Assembly (NCBI GenBank): GCA_037388825.1
Contig: JARRJV010000001.1
Coordinates: 1,024-65,023 of the forward strand
Length of the DNA: 64,000 nucleotides
Reading direction: 5' to 3'
Source of the DNA: Acidiferrobacteraceae bacterium
GTDB taxonomy: Bacteria > Pseudomonadota > Gammaproteobacteria > Acidiferrobacterales > JAJDNE01
Shown one piece after another: positions 1 to 8,591 of this stretch. Each line of letters opens with the position of its first letter. The first letter of the stretch is position 1. The position numbers and the translations under genes are program-made. Below the pieces are notes generated by a model. That model was not told where the DNA came from and did not search any database. It was given only the letters and a program-made list of their open reading frames with translations.

Positions 1-1
1 G

Positions 2-1141
2 ATCGTCGTTGCCGAATTGCTCGGCACCTCGCTCTGGTTCAGTGCCAATGCCGTCGCTGACAAGCTGTATGCCCTTTGGGGTCTGACGCCGGTCGAACTG
101 GGCTATCTGACCAGCGCGGTGAACCTCGGCTTCATCAGCGGGACATTGATTGTCAGTCTTACCGGCGTCGCTGACCGCTTTTCCGCCAGCCGCATCTTCG
201 CCGCCAGCGCGGCACTCGGCGCCACGGCCAATGCCCTGTTCGCCGTAGCCGGCGGCCTCAGTGGCGCCCTGTTATTTCGCTTCGGTACCGGTCTCGCCCT
301 GGCCGGTATCTATCCGATAGGCATGAAACTGGTGGTGAGCTGGGCGCCGCACAAGGCCGGCGCCGTACTCGGTTGGCTGGTGGGTATGCTGGTGGTCGGC
401 AGCGGTGTGCCCCATTTCGTCCGCGGTATGGATGTCTCGACAAGCTGGCAGGGTGTGATCTACACGTCGTCGGTGTTGGCCCTGGTTGCCGGAACCCTGG
501 TGTGGTGGCTGGGGGACGGTCCACACCACGGTTCCACCCGCCGTCTGCAATGGGGCGCGGTCTTGCAGTCGTACCGGAATCGGGCGTTTCGCGCCGCGTC
601 ATTTGGATACTTTGGCCACATGTGGGAGCTCTATGCGTTCTACGCCGTGGTACCGCTGTTGGTCGCACGGCTGGAGTTCGGTCGCGACACCCATCTCATC
701 TACCTGGTCGCCGCCGCCGTATTTCTTGCCGGCGGCATTGGTTGCATCGCCGGTGGCTCGATCAGTCACCGCTGGGGCAGCGCCAGGGTCGCCATCGCGG
801 CCCTGGCCGGTTCGGCGGCATGTTGTCTCCTGTATCCCTGGTTTGCCGGTGCATCGGAACTTGTCCTGGTCCTGGTGCTGATCGCGTGGGGATTCCTTGT
901 GGTCGCCGATTCGCCGCAATTTTCCGCCCTCGCCTCCGGCGCCTGCCCGCCGGAACGGGTCGGCAGCGCGCTGGCATTCATGAACGCTATCGGTTTCGGA
1001 ATCAGTGTTGTTTCGATCGAGGTGGTGACCATGTTGTGGGGGACCCTGGCCGAGCGCGTTGCCTGGATCCTGTTGCCCGGTCCATTGCTGGGCCTTTTTT
1101 CCATGCGGCCGCTGTGGCGCCGTGCTGGTACTGCAGCCTGA
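2..1141 (+). CDS. MFS transporter, 5'-truncated by window edge
   Basis: Frame of ORF 17..1141 stays open back to base 2 ([13 protein letters not shown]...). Multiple hydrophobic helices and Gly/Ala-rich MFS-like composition. The N-terminus lies outside the window. Confidence 0.75.
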   Translation: MVVAELLGTSLWFSANAVADKLYALWGLTPVELGYLTSAVNLGFISGTLIVSLTGVADRFSASRIFAASAALGATANALFAVAGGLSGALLFRFGTGLALAGIYPIGMKLVVSWAPHKAGAVLGWLVGMLVVGSGVPHFVRGMDVSTSWQGVIYTSSVLALVAGTLVWWLGDGPHHGSTRRLQWGAVLQSYRNRAFRAASFGYFGHMWELYAFYAVVPLLVARLEFGRDTHLIYLVAAAVFLAGGIGCIAGGSISHRWGSARVAIAALAGSAACCLLYPWFAGASELVLVLVLIAWGFLVVADSPQFSALASGACPPERVGSALAFMNAIGFGISVVSIEVVTMLWGTLAERVAWILLPGPLLGLFSMRPLWRRAGTAA

Positions 1142-1213
1142 CCGCATCGGCGCCCGGGCACGCTAGAATACGGTCCTGAAGCCACTTGTTCGTTTTCGCA
1201 GTCAGGAGGACTC

Positions 1214-1492
1214 ATGCCATTTCCTTTGGGTACGGTTTTGTCGGCGGCGCCGGGAGTGATCTCCGCCGCGGCAGATGTCATTCGCGCCATCCGCGAGCGC
1301 AAGGGCGGTACGAAGTCGGAGGAAGACAAACTCACCGAACTGGAAAACCTGCTCGAACGGCAGGCGGTGATTATCGAAGACCTGGCACAGAACAACCGCA
1401 ACCTCGCCCTGGCGGTGCGCAACAACCGCATCGTCGCCACCATTGGGGCAGGCCTGGGTATCACGGCCCTGGCGATCGCGATCTGGTATTGA
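1214..1492 (+). CDS. Small tail-anchored coiled-coil protein (92 aa), function unknown
   Basis: Strong SD (AGGAGGA, 4 nt before ATG). Charged heptad-like middle (EEDKLTELENLLERQAVIIEDLAQNNRNL). Single C-terminal hydrophobic helix (IVATIGAGLGITALAIAIWY). Confidence 0.55.
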   Translation: MPFPLGTVLSAAPGVISAAADVIRAIRERKGGTKSEEDKLTELENLLERQAVIIEDLAQNNRNLALAVRNNRIVATIGAGLGITALAIAIWY

Positions 1493-1803
1493 GCACATCA
1501 AGAGATGGCAAGGCGATCGCCACCTGAACGTGCATCGTTTCTTGACCGCCCAGAGTTGCATCGGCACCGCACGGAAGATGTTGCTTTTGTTACGTGTTCG
1601 ATCGATGCCGGTCGTTCCGGTTTGCTTCTGCATCCATACCCCCGAACAAACGGATATTCCCCTTGCAAATCATCCGAACTGGTCTATTTTCTAAATATCA
1701 CTCCCTGCATTCCCCACCCCTCCCCAATGCAGACTTAACAGACAGGTTTAGCTTGTTTGTTTAATCTTTTGTTTGAAGAAAACTTTTCTCTCAATAACTC
1801 AGC

Positions 1804-1817
1804 TTGATCATGATCGG
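1804..1817. promoter_or_regulatory. Degenerate FNR/CRP-family-like site TTGATcatgATCGG (8/10 to TTGAT-N4-ATCAA)
   Basis: Read directly in the AT-rich region ~200 nt upstream of the cytochrome c peroxidase-family gene. The left half-site is perfect; the right half-site matches 3/5. Confidence 0.3.
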
Positions 1818-2007
1818 CAGTTTCGTTTCGTGAAATTCAACGTAGTTCTTTATTGATTCTTAACTTTTCTCGTATCAGAATGACCTTGTCTTCCCGGGGT
1901 GGGGAGACGGACAGCATCGCGCCTGTCCGCGAAAAAGAGTCCAGAAATTCAGTAGTCCGTAGCTGACCCGCGGCATACGGGGGCCGTGTCGGATTTTCGT
2001 TTGAATT

Positions 2008-3810
2008 ATGGAAAATTCATGGGGGTGTATTGTGCTCAAACAAAAAAGGCTCAAGTTTTTCTTTCTCTCTCTCGCCGCGTTGCCGCTCTATCTGCTATTA
2101 CTGGGTAGCGCACAGGCGGTGCTGAATACAACTGAACCGGACTACACGCTCAAGCTGTTGGGCAAGTACGTGTTCTTCGACAAGATCTCCAGTCCGGAGA
2201 ATATGGCGTGCGTTAGTTGCCATGATCCCGAGACGGGCGGTACCGGAAGCGTTTCCGGCGTGAACCTGCACCAGGTCGCCATCACCGGCGCCAATCCGCA
2301 CACGATCGGCAACCTCAAGCCGCCGACCAATGCCTATGCAAGTTTTCTCGTGCCGTTCCAGCCCTGTAGCCACGGCGGTATTTTTGGCGGTGCCGGCAAC
2401 TATTGCGGCGGCAACTTCTGGGACGGCCGCGCCGAAGGCAACACGATCGGACTGTTCCCGGGATCCACACGGCATATCGGCAATGAGGTATTCCAGGGGA
2501 CGCCCGCGCTTCTGACGGCAAGCTATGCCAGTTACTTTGGGCCGACCTCCGACCAGGCCTTGAATCCGATGCCCAACCCGGTTGAGCAGAACATCGAGAG
2601 AAAGGCCGTTTGTGAGCATGTCGCCGCGGCCAAGTATGCCGCCTTGTACAAGGACGCATGGGGTGTCGATATTAGTTGCAGCGACGATCCCGTTGCAGTG
2701 AGCGCTCCGGATGTTGTCTCTCCGCCCGAGAAACAGTACGACATCAGCTTCAAGCGGCTCATGCTGGCGGTCGGTGCCTGGCAGAGTTCCAAGGATCTCA
2801 ATTCCTTCAGTTCCAGGCGCGATATTGCGTTAAAGCGGGAGCTTGATGGAATCGATGTGGACAGTACGCCCGGGAAGTTCCCGCTGGTGGGCCTGACGGA
2901 TCAGGAGAACTACGGTCATGATCTGTTCTACGCCACCCGCTTCTCCCCGATCACGGTACAGACGGCGGATGGCCCGGTACAAAAGTTCTCCAACTGCGCG
3001 TTCTGTCATGCCGACAATCCCGTTCTTCCGGGCCCGGGCCCCAAGGACGACGGGTCGGAACTGCACCAGTTGTATACGGCGCAGGATTACCACAACATCG
3101 GCACGCCGGAGAACCCGGAGATTTCCGTGCGAGGCGCCTCGTCGCCAACGGCACCGCCTGCGGCTACCGGTATCGCGGACCATACCGGCGCACATCCGGC
3201 CGGGTTCTTCAAGACGCCGACGCTGCGCAACGTGGACAAGCGCAAGGGTAAGGGATTCATCAAGGCCTACGCGCACAATGGCTGGTTCAAGAGCATGGAG
3301 AGCATCGTTCATTTCTACAACACCGCATTCGTTGGCGGGGCCACCGCGGCATCTTTCGGTATCGTGCGGTGCACTGAAGACGTGGTCGGCCATGCAGGTC
3401 CCTATACAGAGAAGGAGGCGCTGGCAAACAACTGCTGGCCGGAGCCGGAGTTCGGGGGCGGCGATATACCGTTCCTCGTGGGGGATCTGCACCTGACCTC
3501 GAGTGACGAAGCCGCACTCGTTGCCTATCTGAAGACCCGGCCGGCCACCGAGACGGCGCAGGCTCCCAAGCCGAACAAGGCTGGCAAGAAACCGTTCTAT
3601 TACCCGGTAGTCTTGACCCCGCTTCGGCGGGGTTTTTCTTTGCGGGAAGAGAATGCCCGTGTCAAACCAGCTATGAAAAAACGCCTGCCCCATAGGCGGC
3701 AGGCGTATGTCCACTGGAAGGGAGAAAGCAGGCTCTCGAGCGCCTGGCCGCATATTTGCTGTGGGCCGCGTGATTTCCTGGTATCCCGGGGACTTTCGAG
3801 CCGGCAGTGA
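2008..3810 (+). CDS. Di-haem cytochrome c peroxidase/MauG-family protein (periplasmic); 3' end doubtful
   Basis: Two CxxCH motifs (ACVSCHDP, CAFCHADNP) and the family motif FKTPTLRNV. Signal peptide after the likely true start GTG at 2032 (LKQKRLKFFFLSLAALPLYLLLLGSAQA). The ORF runs through an intrinsic terminator at 3616-3641, so the last ~65-90 codons are probably not real. Confidence 0.8.
   Translation: MENSWGCIVLKQKRLKFFFLSLAALPLYLLLLGSAQAVLNTTEPDYTLKLLGKYVFFDKISSPENMACVSCHDPETGGTGSVSGVNLHQVAITGANPHTIGNLKPPTNAYASFLVPFQPCSHGGIFGGAGNYCGGNFWDGRAEGNTIGLFPGSTRHIGNEVFQGTPALLTASYASYFGPTSDQALNPMPNPVEQNIERKAVCEHVAAAKYAALYKDAWGVDISCSDDPVAVSAPDVVSPPEKQYDISFKRLMLAVGAWQSSKDLNSFSSRRDIALKRELDGIDVDSTPGKFPLVGLTDQENYGHDLFYATRFSPITVQTADGPVQKFSNCAFCHADNPVLPGPGPKDDGSELHQLYTAQDYHNIGTPENPEISVRGASSPTAPPAATGIADHTGAHPAGFFKTPTLRNVDKRKGKGFIKAYAHNGWFKSMESIVHFYNTAFVGGATAASFGIVRCTEDVVGHAGPYTEKEALANNCWPEPEFGGGDIPFLVGDLHLTSSDEAALVAYLKTRPATETAQAPKPNKAGKKPFYYPVVLTPLRRGFSLREENARVKPAMKKRLPHRRQAYVHWKGESRLSSAWPHICCGPRDFLVSRGLSSRQ
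3616..3641 (+). terminator. Rho-independent terminator (ACCCCGC-ttcg-GCGGGGT + TTTTTCTTT)
   Basis: Perfect 7-bp GC stem, tetraloop and T-run read directly, at the expected end of the peroxidase-family gene. Confidence 0.75.
3676..3706 (-). terminator. Rho-independent terminator on minus strand (ACGCCTGCC-gcctatgg-GGCAGGCGT + TTTTTT)
   Basis: 9-bp perfect stem, 8-nt loop and T6 when read on the minus strand. It faces the plus-strand terminator at 3616-3641. Confidence 0.7.
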
Positions 3811-3840
3811 GTCCGAAAATTGGCGCCGCGACCGGATTGT
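3676..3840 (-). ncRNA. Candidate small RNA (~165 nt), unknown function
   Basis: Minus-strand promoter-like element: -35 ATCACA, 18-bp spacer, -10 TACAAT at 3852-3847. It is followed ~165 nt later by a strong minus-strand intrinsic terminator (3706-3676). There is no credible ORF; the only minus ORF, 3600..3848, starts upstream of the putative TSS and reads through both terminators. Confidence 0.3.
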
Positions 3841-3871
3841 GCGTACATTGTAAGATGTATGTAACATTAAT

Positions 3872-3893
3872 GTGATCCGGTCCTGAGGATCAC
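3872..3893 (+). promoter_or_regulatory. Inverted repeat GTGATCC-N8-GGATCAC immediately upstream of the M48 peptidase SD
   Basis: 7-bp perfect arms read directly. It ends 2 nt before GGAGG (3896-3900) and 14 nt before the ATG at 3908. It could be an operator or a 5'-UTR hairpin. Confidence 0.3.
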
Positions 3894-3907
3894 CCGGAGG
3901 CGGAAGT

Positions 3908-4708
3908 ATGGTTCGCTCTCTGCTGGTGGTATTTCTCCTTGGCGCAGGCACCGCCTACGCGGACGTTCCGGTTACCGGACGCACGCAGCACTTCACCTTT
4001 TCCCGCGAACAGGTCCAGGACGTGGCCGCCCAGGCCTATCGGGTCAAATTGGCCCGCCTGCGGGAACGCGGAGAGCTGGATGCCGATCGCAAGACACTGA
4101 TTCGGGTCCGGCGCATTGCCGCCCACCTGATCGCCCAGGCCATCGAACTCAAGCCGAACTCCGCCGGCTGGCGCTGGGATGTCCATGTCGCTTCCTCGCC
4201 GGACGTCGCCGCTTTCAGCATGGCCGGCGGCAAACTGCTCATCGGAAGTCAGTTCATCCGCTCCAATCACCTCACGGACCAGGAGCTGTCCATGGCCATT
4301 GCCCATGAAATCGGCCACGTCATCGCCGAGCACGTTCGGGAACAGCTGTCCATGGCTGCCGAGTTCGATCCGGCACCACCGGGACGAACTCTTGGCGTTC
4401 GGGATGTTGTGAACTCGATGGACTCGGATATTGCCGTCTATCTCCGTCTGCAGCCCTTGTCCCGACTGCAGGAACTTGAAGCAGACGATATCGGGGTGCA
4501 GCTTGCGGCACGCAGCGGCGTATCACCGGCAGCGATCAAGAGTTTCTACGGAAAGATTACGCGCAAGGGTGTGGGCCAGACACTGTTCGATACCCACGGT
4601 CCCGTGGGCCAGCGCAGGGAATTCGCCATGAGCATGGCGGATTTTGCGGAATCGGCCTATGAGAAGAGTCAGGAACAGTCGCTCCCCACTTACGCCTTTC
4701 GCCAGTAG
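3908..4708 (+). CDS. M48-family zinc metallopeptidase (secreted/periplasmic)
   Basis: HEIGHVIAEH (HExxH) plus downstream LELEADDIG. N-terminal signal peptide MVRSLLVVFLLGAGTAYA. Confidence 0.85.
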   Translation: MVRSLLVVFLLGAGTAYADVPVTGRTQHFTFSREQVQDVAAQAYRVKLARLRERGELDADRKTLIRVRRIAAHLIAQAIELKPNSAGWRWDVHVASSPDVAAFSMAGGKLLIGSQFIRSNHLTDQELSMAIAHEIGHVIAEHVREQLSMAAEFDPAPPGRTLGVRDVVNSMDSDIAVYLRLQPLSRLQELEADDIGVQLAARSGVSPAAIKSFYGKITRKGVGQTLFDTHGPVGQRREFAMSMADFAESAYEKSQEQSLPTYAFRQ

Positions 4709-4714
4709 CCCGAG

Positions 4715-6067
4715 CTAGACCGCCCCGGCCCCGGGCAACTGCACCGTGAAGGTCGAACCCTCCCCCGGAATGCTTTCAACGGTTATGGTGCCACCCATCA
4801 GTTGCACCAGTTGACGGGTGATCGCCAGCCCGAGCCCGGTGCCGCCAAATTCCCGGGTAATGCTGCTGCTCGCCTGCATATACTCGGTGAACAGGCCTGC
4901 AACCTGGTCGCTGTCCATGCCGATGCCGGTATCGCGAACCGCCATGGCGATGAAGTTCCCGTCACCGGCGATGGCGAGCGAGATCGAACCCCTGCGGGTG
5001 AATTTGGTCGCATTGCTCAGCAGGTTTATCAACACCTGTTCCAGTCGCATACTGTCCCCGCGCAACCTCTTCGGCGCATTTGTGGCTTCGACCGTGAAAC
5101 GGTTCTGATTGCGGGTGGCGAGAGGAGCTATCGTTGCCTCAATCCGGCCGATCAGGTCCGCAACCTCAATGTCCTCTTCATCAAGCTCGATCTTGCCAGC
5201 CTCAATCTTCGCCAGATCCAACGCATTGTTGATCAATCGTAACAGGTGGCGACCGGCGGTTTCGATCTTTCCAAGGTCCGTAACCGCCTCGGTGTTCCCG
5301 GCGTCGTCCGCCTCTTCATGCAACATTTCGCTGTAGCCGATGATCGCGTTCAGCGGGGTCCGCAGTTCGTGCGACATATTGGCAAAAAAGCGCGACTTCG
5401 CCGCATTGGCCGAGTCCGCCTTCTCCCGCAGTCGGCCGAGAACCATAGCATTCAGAAAACCCTGTCGCCGCTGATATTCAATAATGTATCCGGCGGTAGC
5501 CACGACAACGGTATTCCCGATCAGGAGAAAATTGTTGTTGATCACGAGATAGAGAGGAACATCCTTGAAGACGAGAATGACGATGTTGTACGCCAGCAGC
5601 ACCGTGAGGTTGGCGATAAAGGCATTGATAAATCGGAGACCGATCACTACGTAGAGGAAGATGAATGCCATGATCACCGCGGCGTAGTACAGATACCCCG
5701 GCGCTTCCGGCACCGCGAAAATCAATGCGACCACGCCCAGACTGCCAATCAGGGCCAGGACCATCTGTATTGCCTGGCTGCGTTTTTCGAAATCGGCGGA
5801 GAACGTGATGAGAAATCCGAACGTCAGCAGGAAGACGATTGCGGCGCGAATGCCCCAGACCGTCGTAACAAGGTCGGCAGGAACAATCCAAAGGTCCAGC
5901 ACGCCGAATGCGATATACATGCTGATCGCGAGCAAAAGGCCAACCCGGGCGAATACCGTGTCCGAACGGAACATGCTTGCGGCGAACTGCCGCTCGAGAT
6001 CCGCGGATTCGAATCGCAGGGTGAAGCGATGGCGTGGCGCCGAAAGCAGGGAATTGTCTTTATCCAC
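4715..6067 (-). CDS. Membrane sensor histidine kinase (orphan, no adjacent response regulator)
   Basis: H-box FFANMSHELRTPLNAIIGYSEML. HATPase G-boxes DTGIGM and [18 protein letters not shown]. About 6 N-terminal TM helices. Confidence 0.9.
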   Translation of the reverse strand: MDKDNSLLSAPRHRFTLRFESADLERQFAASMFRSDTVFARVGLLLAISMYIAFGVLDLWIVPADLVTTVWGIRAAIVFLLTFGFLITFSADFEKRSQAIQMVLALIGSLGVVALIFAVPEAPGYLYYAAVIMAFIFLYVVIGLRFINAFIANLTVLLAYNIVILVFKDVPLYLVINNNFLLIGNTVVVATAGYIIEYQRRQGFLNAMVLGRLREKADSANAAKSRFFANMSHELRTPLNAIIGYSEMLHEEADDAGNTEAVTDLGKIETAGRHLLRLINNALDLAKIEAGKIELDEEDIEVADLIGRIEATIAPLATRNQNRFTVEATNAPKRLRGDSMRLEQVLINLLSNATKFTRRGSISLAIAGDGNFIAMAVRDTGIGMDSDQVAGLFTEYMQASSSITREFGGTGLGLAITRQLVQLMGGTITVESIPGEGSTFTVQLPGAGAV

Positions 6068-6216
6068 GGAAACAGTACTTGTCTGTAAGAGGAAAACTCC
6101 CGGAAAGCATGGCGGTTTTGCCCACTCCGGTATCGTCCGGGGATACCCTGTAAATAGTTCACCGGGAGGGGCCCGTCAACGATTCCCGGACCCCAGCCCG
6201 TCTATCGACCCGGAAC

Positions 6217-6232
6217 TGGCACAATCTGGCGG
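6217..6232 (+). promoter_or_regulatory. Motif TGGCACaatCTGGCGG (copy 1 of a motif repeated at 59891-59906)
   Basis: Read directly in the divergent region between the histidine kinase and the Tat-subunit/GMC genes. It shares 13 of 16 positions with the second copy. Confidence 0.25.
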
Positions 6233-6374
6233 GACAATAGGGGTCGCCGAGAACGCCGCGGAATGCTGAGGCGGCTTGTCCCGCGTGAAGATTCAGTTGC
6301 GGCAGGCCCACGGGCGCTGCCTCCGGAAGCGCGGTACTATTATTAGGTACAACGAGCCACCATTGGACTCCAGC

Positions 6375-6926
6375 GTGCCTACCCACCCACCACGAGAGCA
6401 CAGTCCGGCCCGGCGCCGTTTCCTCCAAACCTCGTTCGCCGGGGTGCTTGTGCTCGCCGGCTCGAGCCTTGTCGTCAGAAGATCGCTCGCAGATACAGCG
6501 GCGGCCGCCAATCCCTATGCCTGGCTGGAAGACCAGGATGCTCTGATCGTGCGTCGGGTGGCACCGGTGTTGTTGTCCGGTGCCCTGCCGGATGGCAAGG
6601 CGCGTGGGGAGGTCCTGGACGAGATCGTTTACGGTTTCGATCTGGCAGTTAGCTATTTCCCGCCATCGGTTCGCGGCGAGATCCGGCAGCTGTTCGACTT
6701 GCTGCGCAACAGCATCACCCGTGCCCTGCTCGCGGGGATGTTTTCGTCCTGGGAGAAGGCCACGCCGGCCCAGATCGAACACCTGCTGAAACGGTGGGAG
6801 CACAGCCGTTTTCGCCTGCTGCGTAGCGCATACGCAGCGCTCCATGATCTTGTTGCCGGCGCATGGTATGGCAATCCACGCTCCTGGCCCCGCATCGGAT
6901 ACCCTGGACCACCGGTTCTCAAGTGA
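6375..6926 (+). CDS. Tat-signal small subunit of a GMC-type dehydrogenase (gluconate 2-dehydrogenase subunit 3-like)
   Basis: Twin-arginine motif ARRRFLQTSFAGVLVLAG. The stop overlaps the start of the GMC gene (TGATG). The start is uncertain: GTG 6375 or TTG 6363; the maximal ORF begins at 6276. Confidence 0.65.
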   Translation: MPTHPPREHSPARRRFLQTSFAGVLVLAGSSLVVRRSLADTAAAANPYAWLEDQDALIVRRVAPVLLSGALPDGKARGEVLDEIVYGFDLAVSYFPPSVRGEIRQLFDLLRNSITRALLAGMFSSWEKATPAQIEHLLKRWEHSRFRLLRSAYAALHDLVAGAWYGNPRSWPRIGYPGPPVLK

Positions 6927-8500
6927 TGAGCGCGTCTATTGAAAGCTTCGCCGGTCGTGTCGTGCGCTGTGAGCGACTGCGGGAGGACCGCGAGGTACAG
7001 GGCGATGTGGTAATCGTTGGCACCGGCGCCGGTGGTGGCGTGGCGGCCGAGATTCTGGCCCGTGCCGGACTGAAGGTGATACTGGTGGAGGCCGGGGATT
7101 TCAAGACCCGCGCGGACTTCCATATGCAGGAGGCGGAAGCGTATCCGGAGTTGTACCAGGAAGTCGCAAGCCGCAAGACCATGGACAAGGCCATCACCAT
7201 ACTCCAGGGTCGCGCCCTCGGCGGCTCCACGACAGTCAACTGGACCATCTGTTTTTATATTCCGGAGCCGACCCTCAAGCATTGGGCCGGACGCTACGGA
7301 CTGGGCATGTTCGACGAACAGGAACTGTCTCCGTGGTATGAGGAGATGGAGAAACGTCTGCGCGTACAACTCTGGACCCGGCACAACCCGAGCAACCTCG
7401 CCCTGCAACGTGGCGCGAAGAAGCTCAACTGGAAACACGAGATTGCGCACCGCAATGTCCACAACTGCCGTTCCCTGGGTTACTGCGGTACCGGCTGTCC
7501 GGTGGACGCAAAGCAGTCCATGCTCATCACCACCATTCCCGGAGCCCTGCAAAAAGGGGCGATGCTGCTGACGCGGTGCCGCGCCGACCGATTGAAGTGG
7601 AAGGACGGACGGGTCGAAATGCTGGAATGCTCGGCCCTGGACAGCAAGGGATCAGACACGACCGGTGTGCGGATTCGCGTTCGGGCTCGTCATTTTGTCG
7701 TTGCCGGCGGTGGAATCGAAAGTCCGGCCCTGCTTATGCGCTCGCAGGTGCCGGACCCTTCGGCACTCCTGGGTCGGCGGACCTTTCTACACCTGACGGC
7801 CGGAAGCGCTGCCATGATGTCGGAACGTATCGATCCCTACTATGGTGCACCGCAGTCGGTCTATTCCAACGAATTCCTGTGGCGTGATGGTGTCGACGGC
7901 GAGGTCGGCTACAAGATGGAAACAGCACCCTTGCACCCGGTGCTGGCGGCGACGGCCTTCAAGGCCTGGGGACAGGCTCACGCCGGCTTCATGCACCAGA
8001 TTCCCCATATCCAGCCCCTCATCGCGCTGCTGCGCGACGGGTTCCACGAGGACAGCCCGGGCGGCCGTGTGCATCTGCGCGATGACGGGACCGCAGTACT
8101 GGACTATCCGATTACGGATTATTTGTGGCGCGGTGCCCGCGCGGCCTTTGCCAGCATGGCGGAGCTTCAGTTCGCTGCCGGGGCCAACAAGGTATTGCCT
8201 CTGCATAGCGACGCCAGGCTGTACGGAAACTGGAAACAGGCGCGCAAGGCCATCGCCGATCTGCCGATGCAACCACTGCACGCACAACTGTTTTCCGCTC
8301 ACGTAATGGGTGGATGCATGATGGGACCGGACCCGGAAAGATCCGTGGTCGACACCGACGGCAATCACCATCAGATCGAAAACCTGTCTGTGATCGATGG
8401 TTCGCTTTTTCCAACCAGTATCGGCGCCAACCCCTCGATGCCCATCTACGCGCTCGCCGCGCGCCAGGCAAGCCGGCTGGCGAAGCGAATCAGGAGTTGA
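6926..8500 (+). CDS. GMC-family FAD-dependent oxidoreductase
   Basis: Rossmann FAD motif DVVIVGTGAGGGVAAEILARAG. C-terminal GMC-like region (HVMGGCMMG, DGSLFPTSIGANP). The ATG at 6926 overlaps the upstream stop. Confidence 0.88.
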   Translation: MSASIESFAGRVVRCERLREDREVQGDVVIVGTGAGGGVAAEILARAGLKVILVEAGDFKTRADFHMQEAEAYPELYQEVASRKTMDKAITILQGRALGGSTTVNWTICFYIPEPTLKHWAGRYGLGMFDEQELSPWYEEMEKRLRVQLWTRHNPSNLALQRGAKKLNWKHEIAHRNVHNCRSLGYCGTGCPVDAKQSMLITTIPGALQKGAMLLTRCRADRLKWKDGRVEMLECSALDSKGSDTTGVRIRVRARHFVVAGGGIESPALLMRSQVPDPSALLGRRTFLHLTAGSAAMMSERIDPYYGAPQSVYSNEFLWRDGVDGEVGYKMETAPLHPVLAATAFKAWGQAHAGFMHQIPHIQPLIALLRDGFHEDSPGGRVHLRDDGTAVLDYPITDYLWRGARAAFASMAELQFAAGANKVLPLHSDARLYGNWKQARKAIADLPMQPLHAQLFSAHVMGGCMMGPDPERSVVDTDGNHHQIENLSVIDGSLFPTSIGANPSMPIYALAARQASRLAKRIRS

Positions 8501-8591
8501 GCTCTTCCTGGAAGTCCGGCGTGATCATTGTTCCGGCCTTCCAGTGCTCCTAGAATAGTCTGCCCCGGAACCGTAGTCGTGGAGGTGGGCA

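Noticed and set aside
1471-1521. Two copies of GGCGATCGC (HIP1-like palindrome core GCGATCGC), 40 nt apart at the end of the small ORF.
   Set aside because: There are only two copies. One is inside coding sequence encoding Ala-Ile-Ala. There is no evidence of a repeat family in the window.
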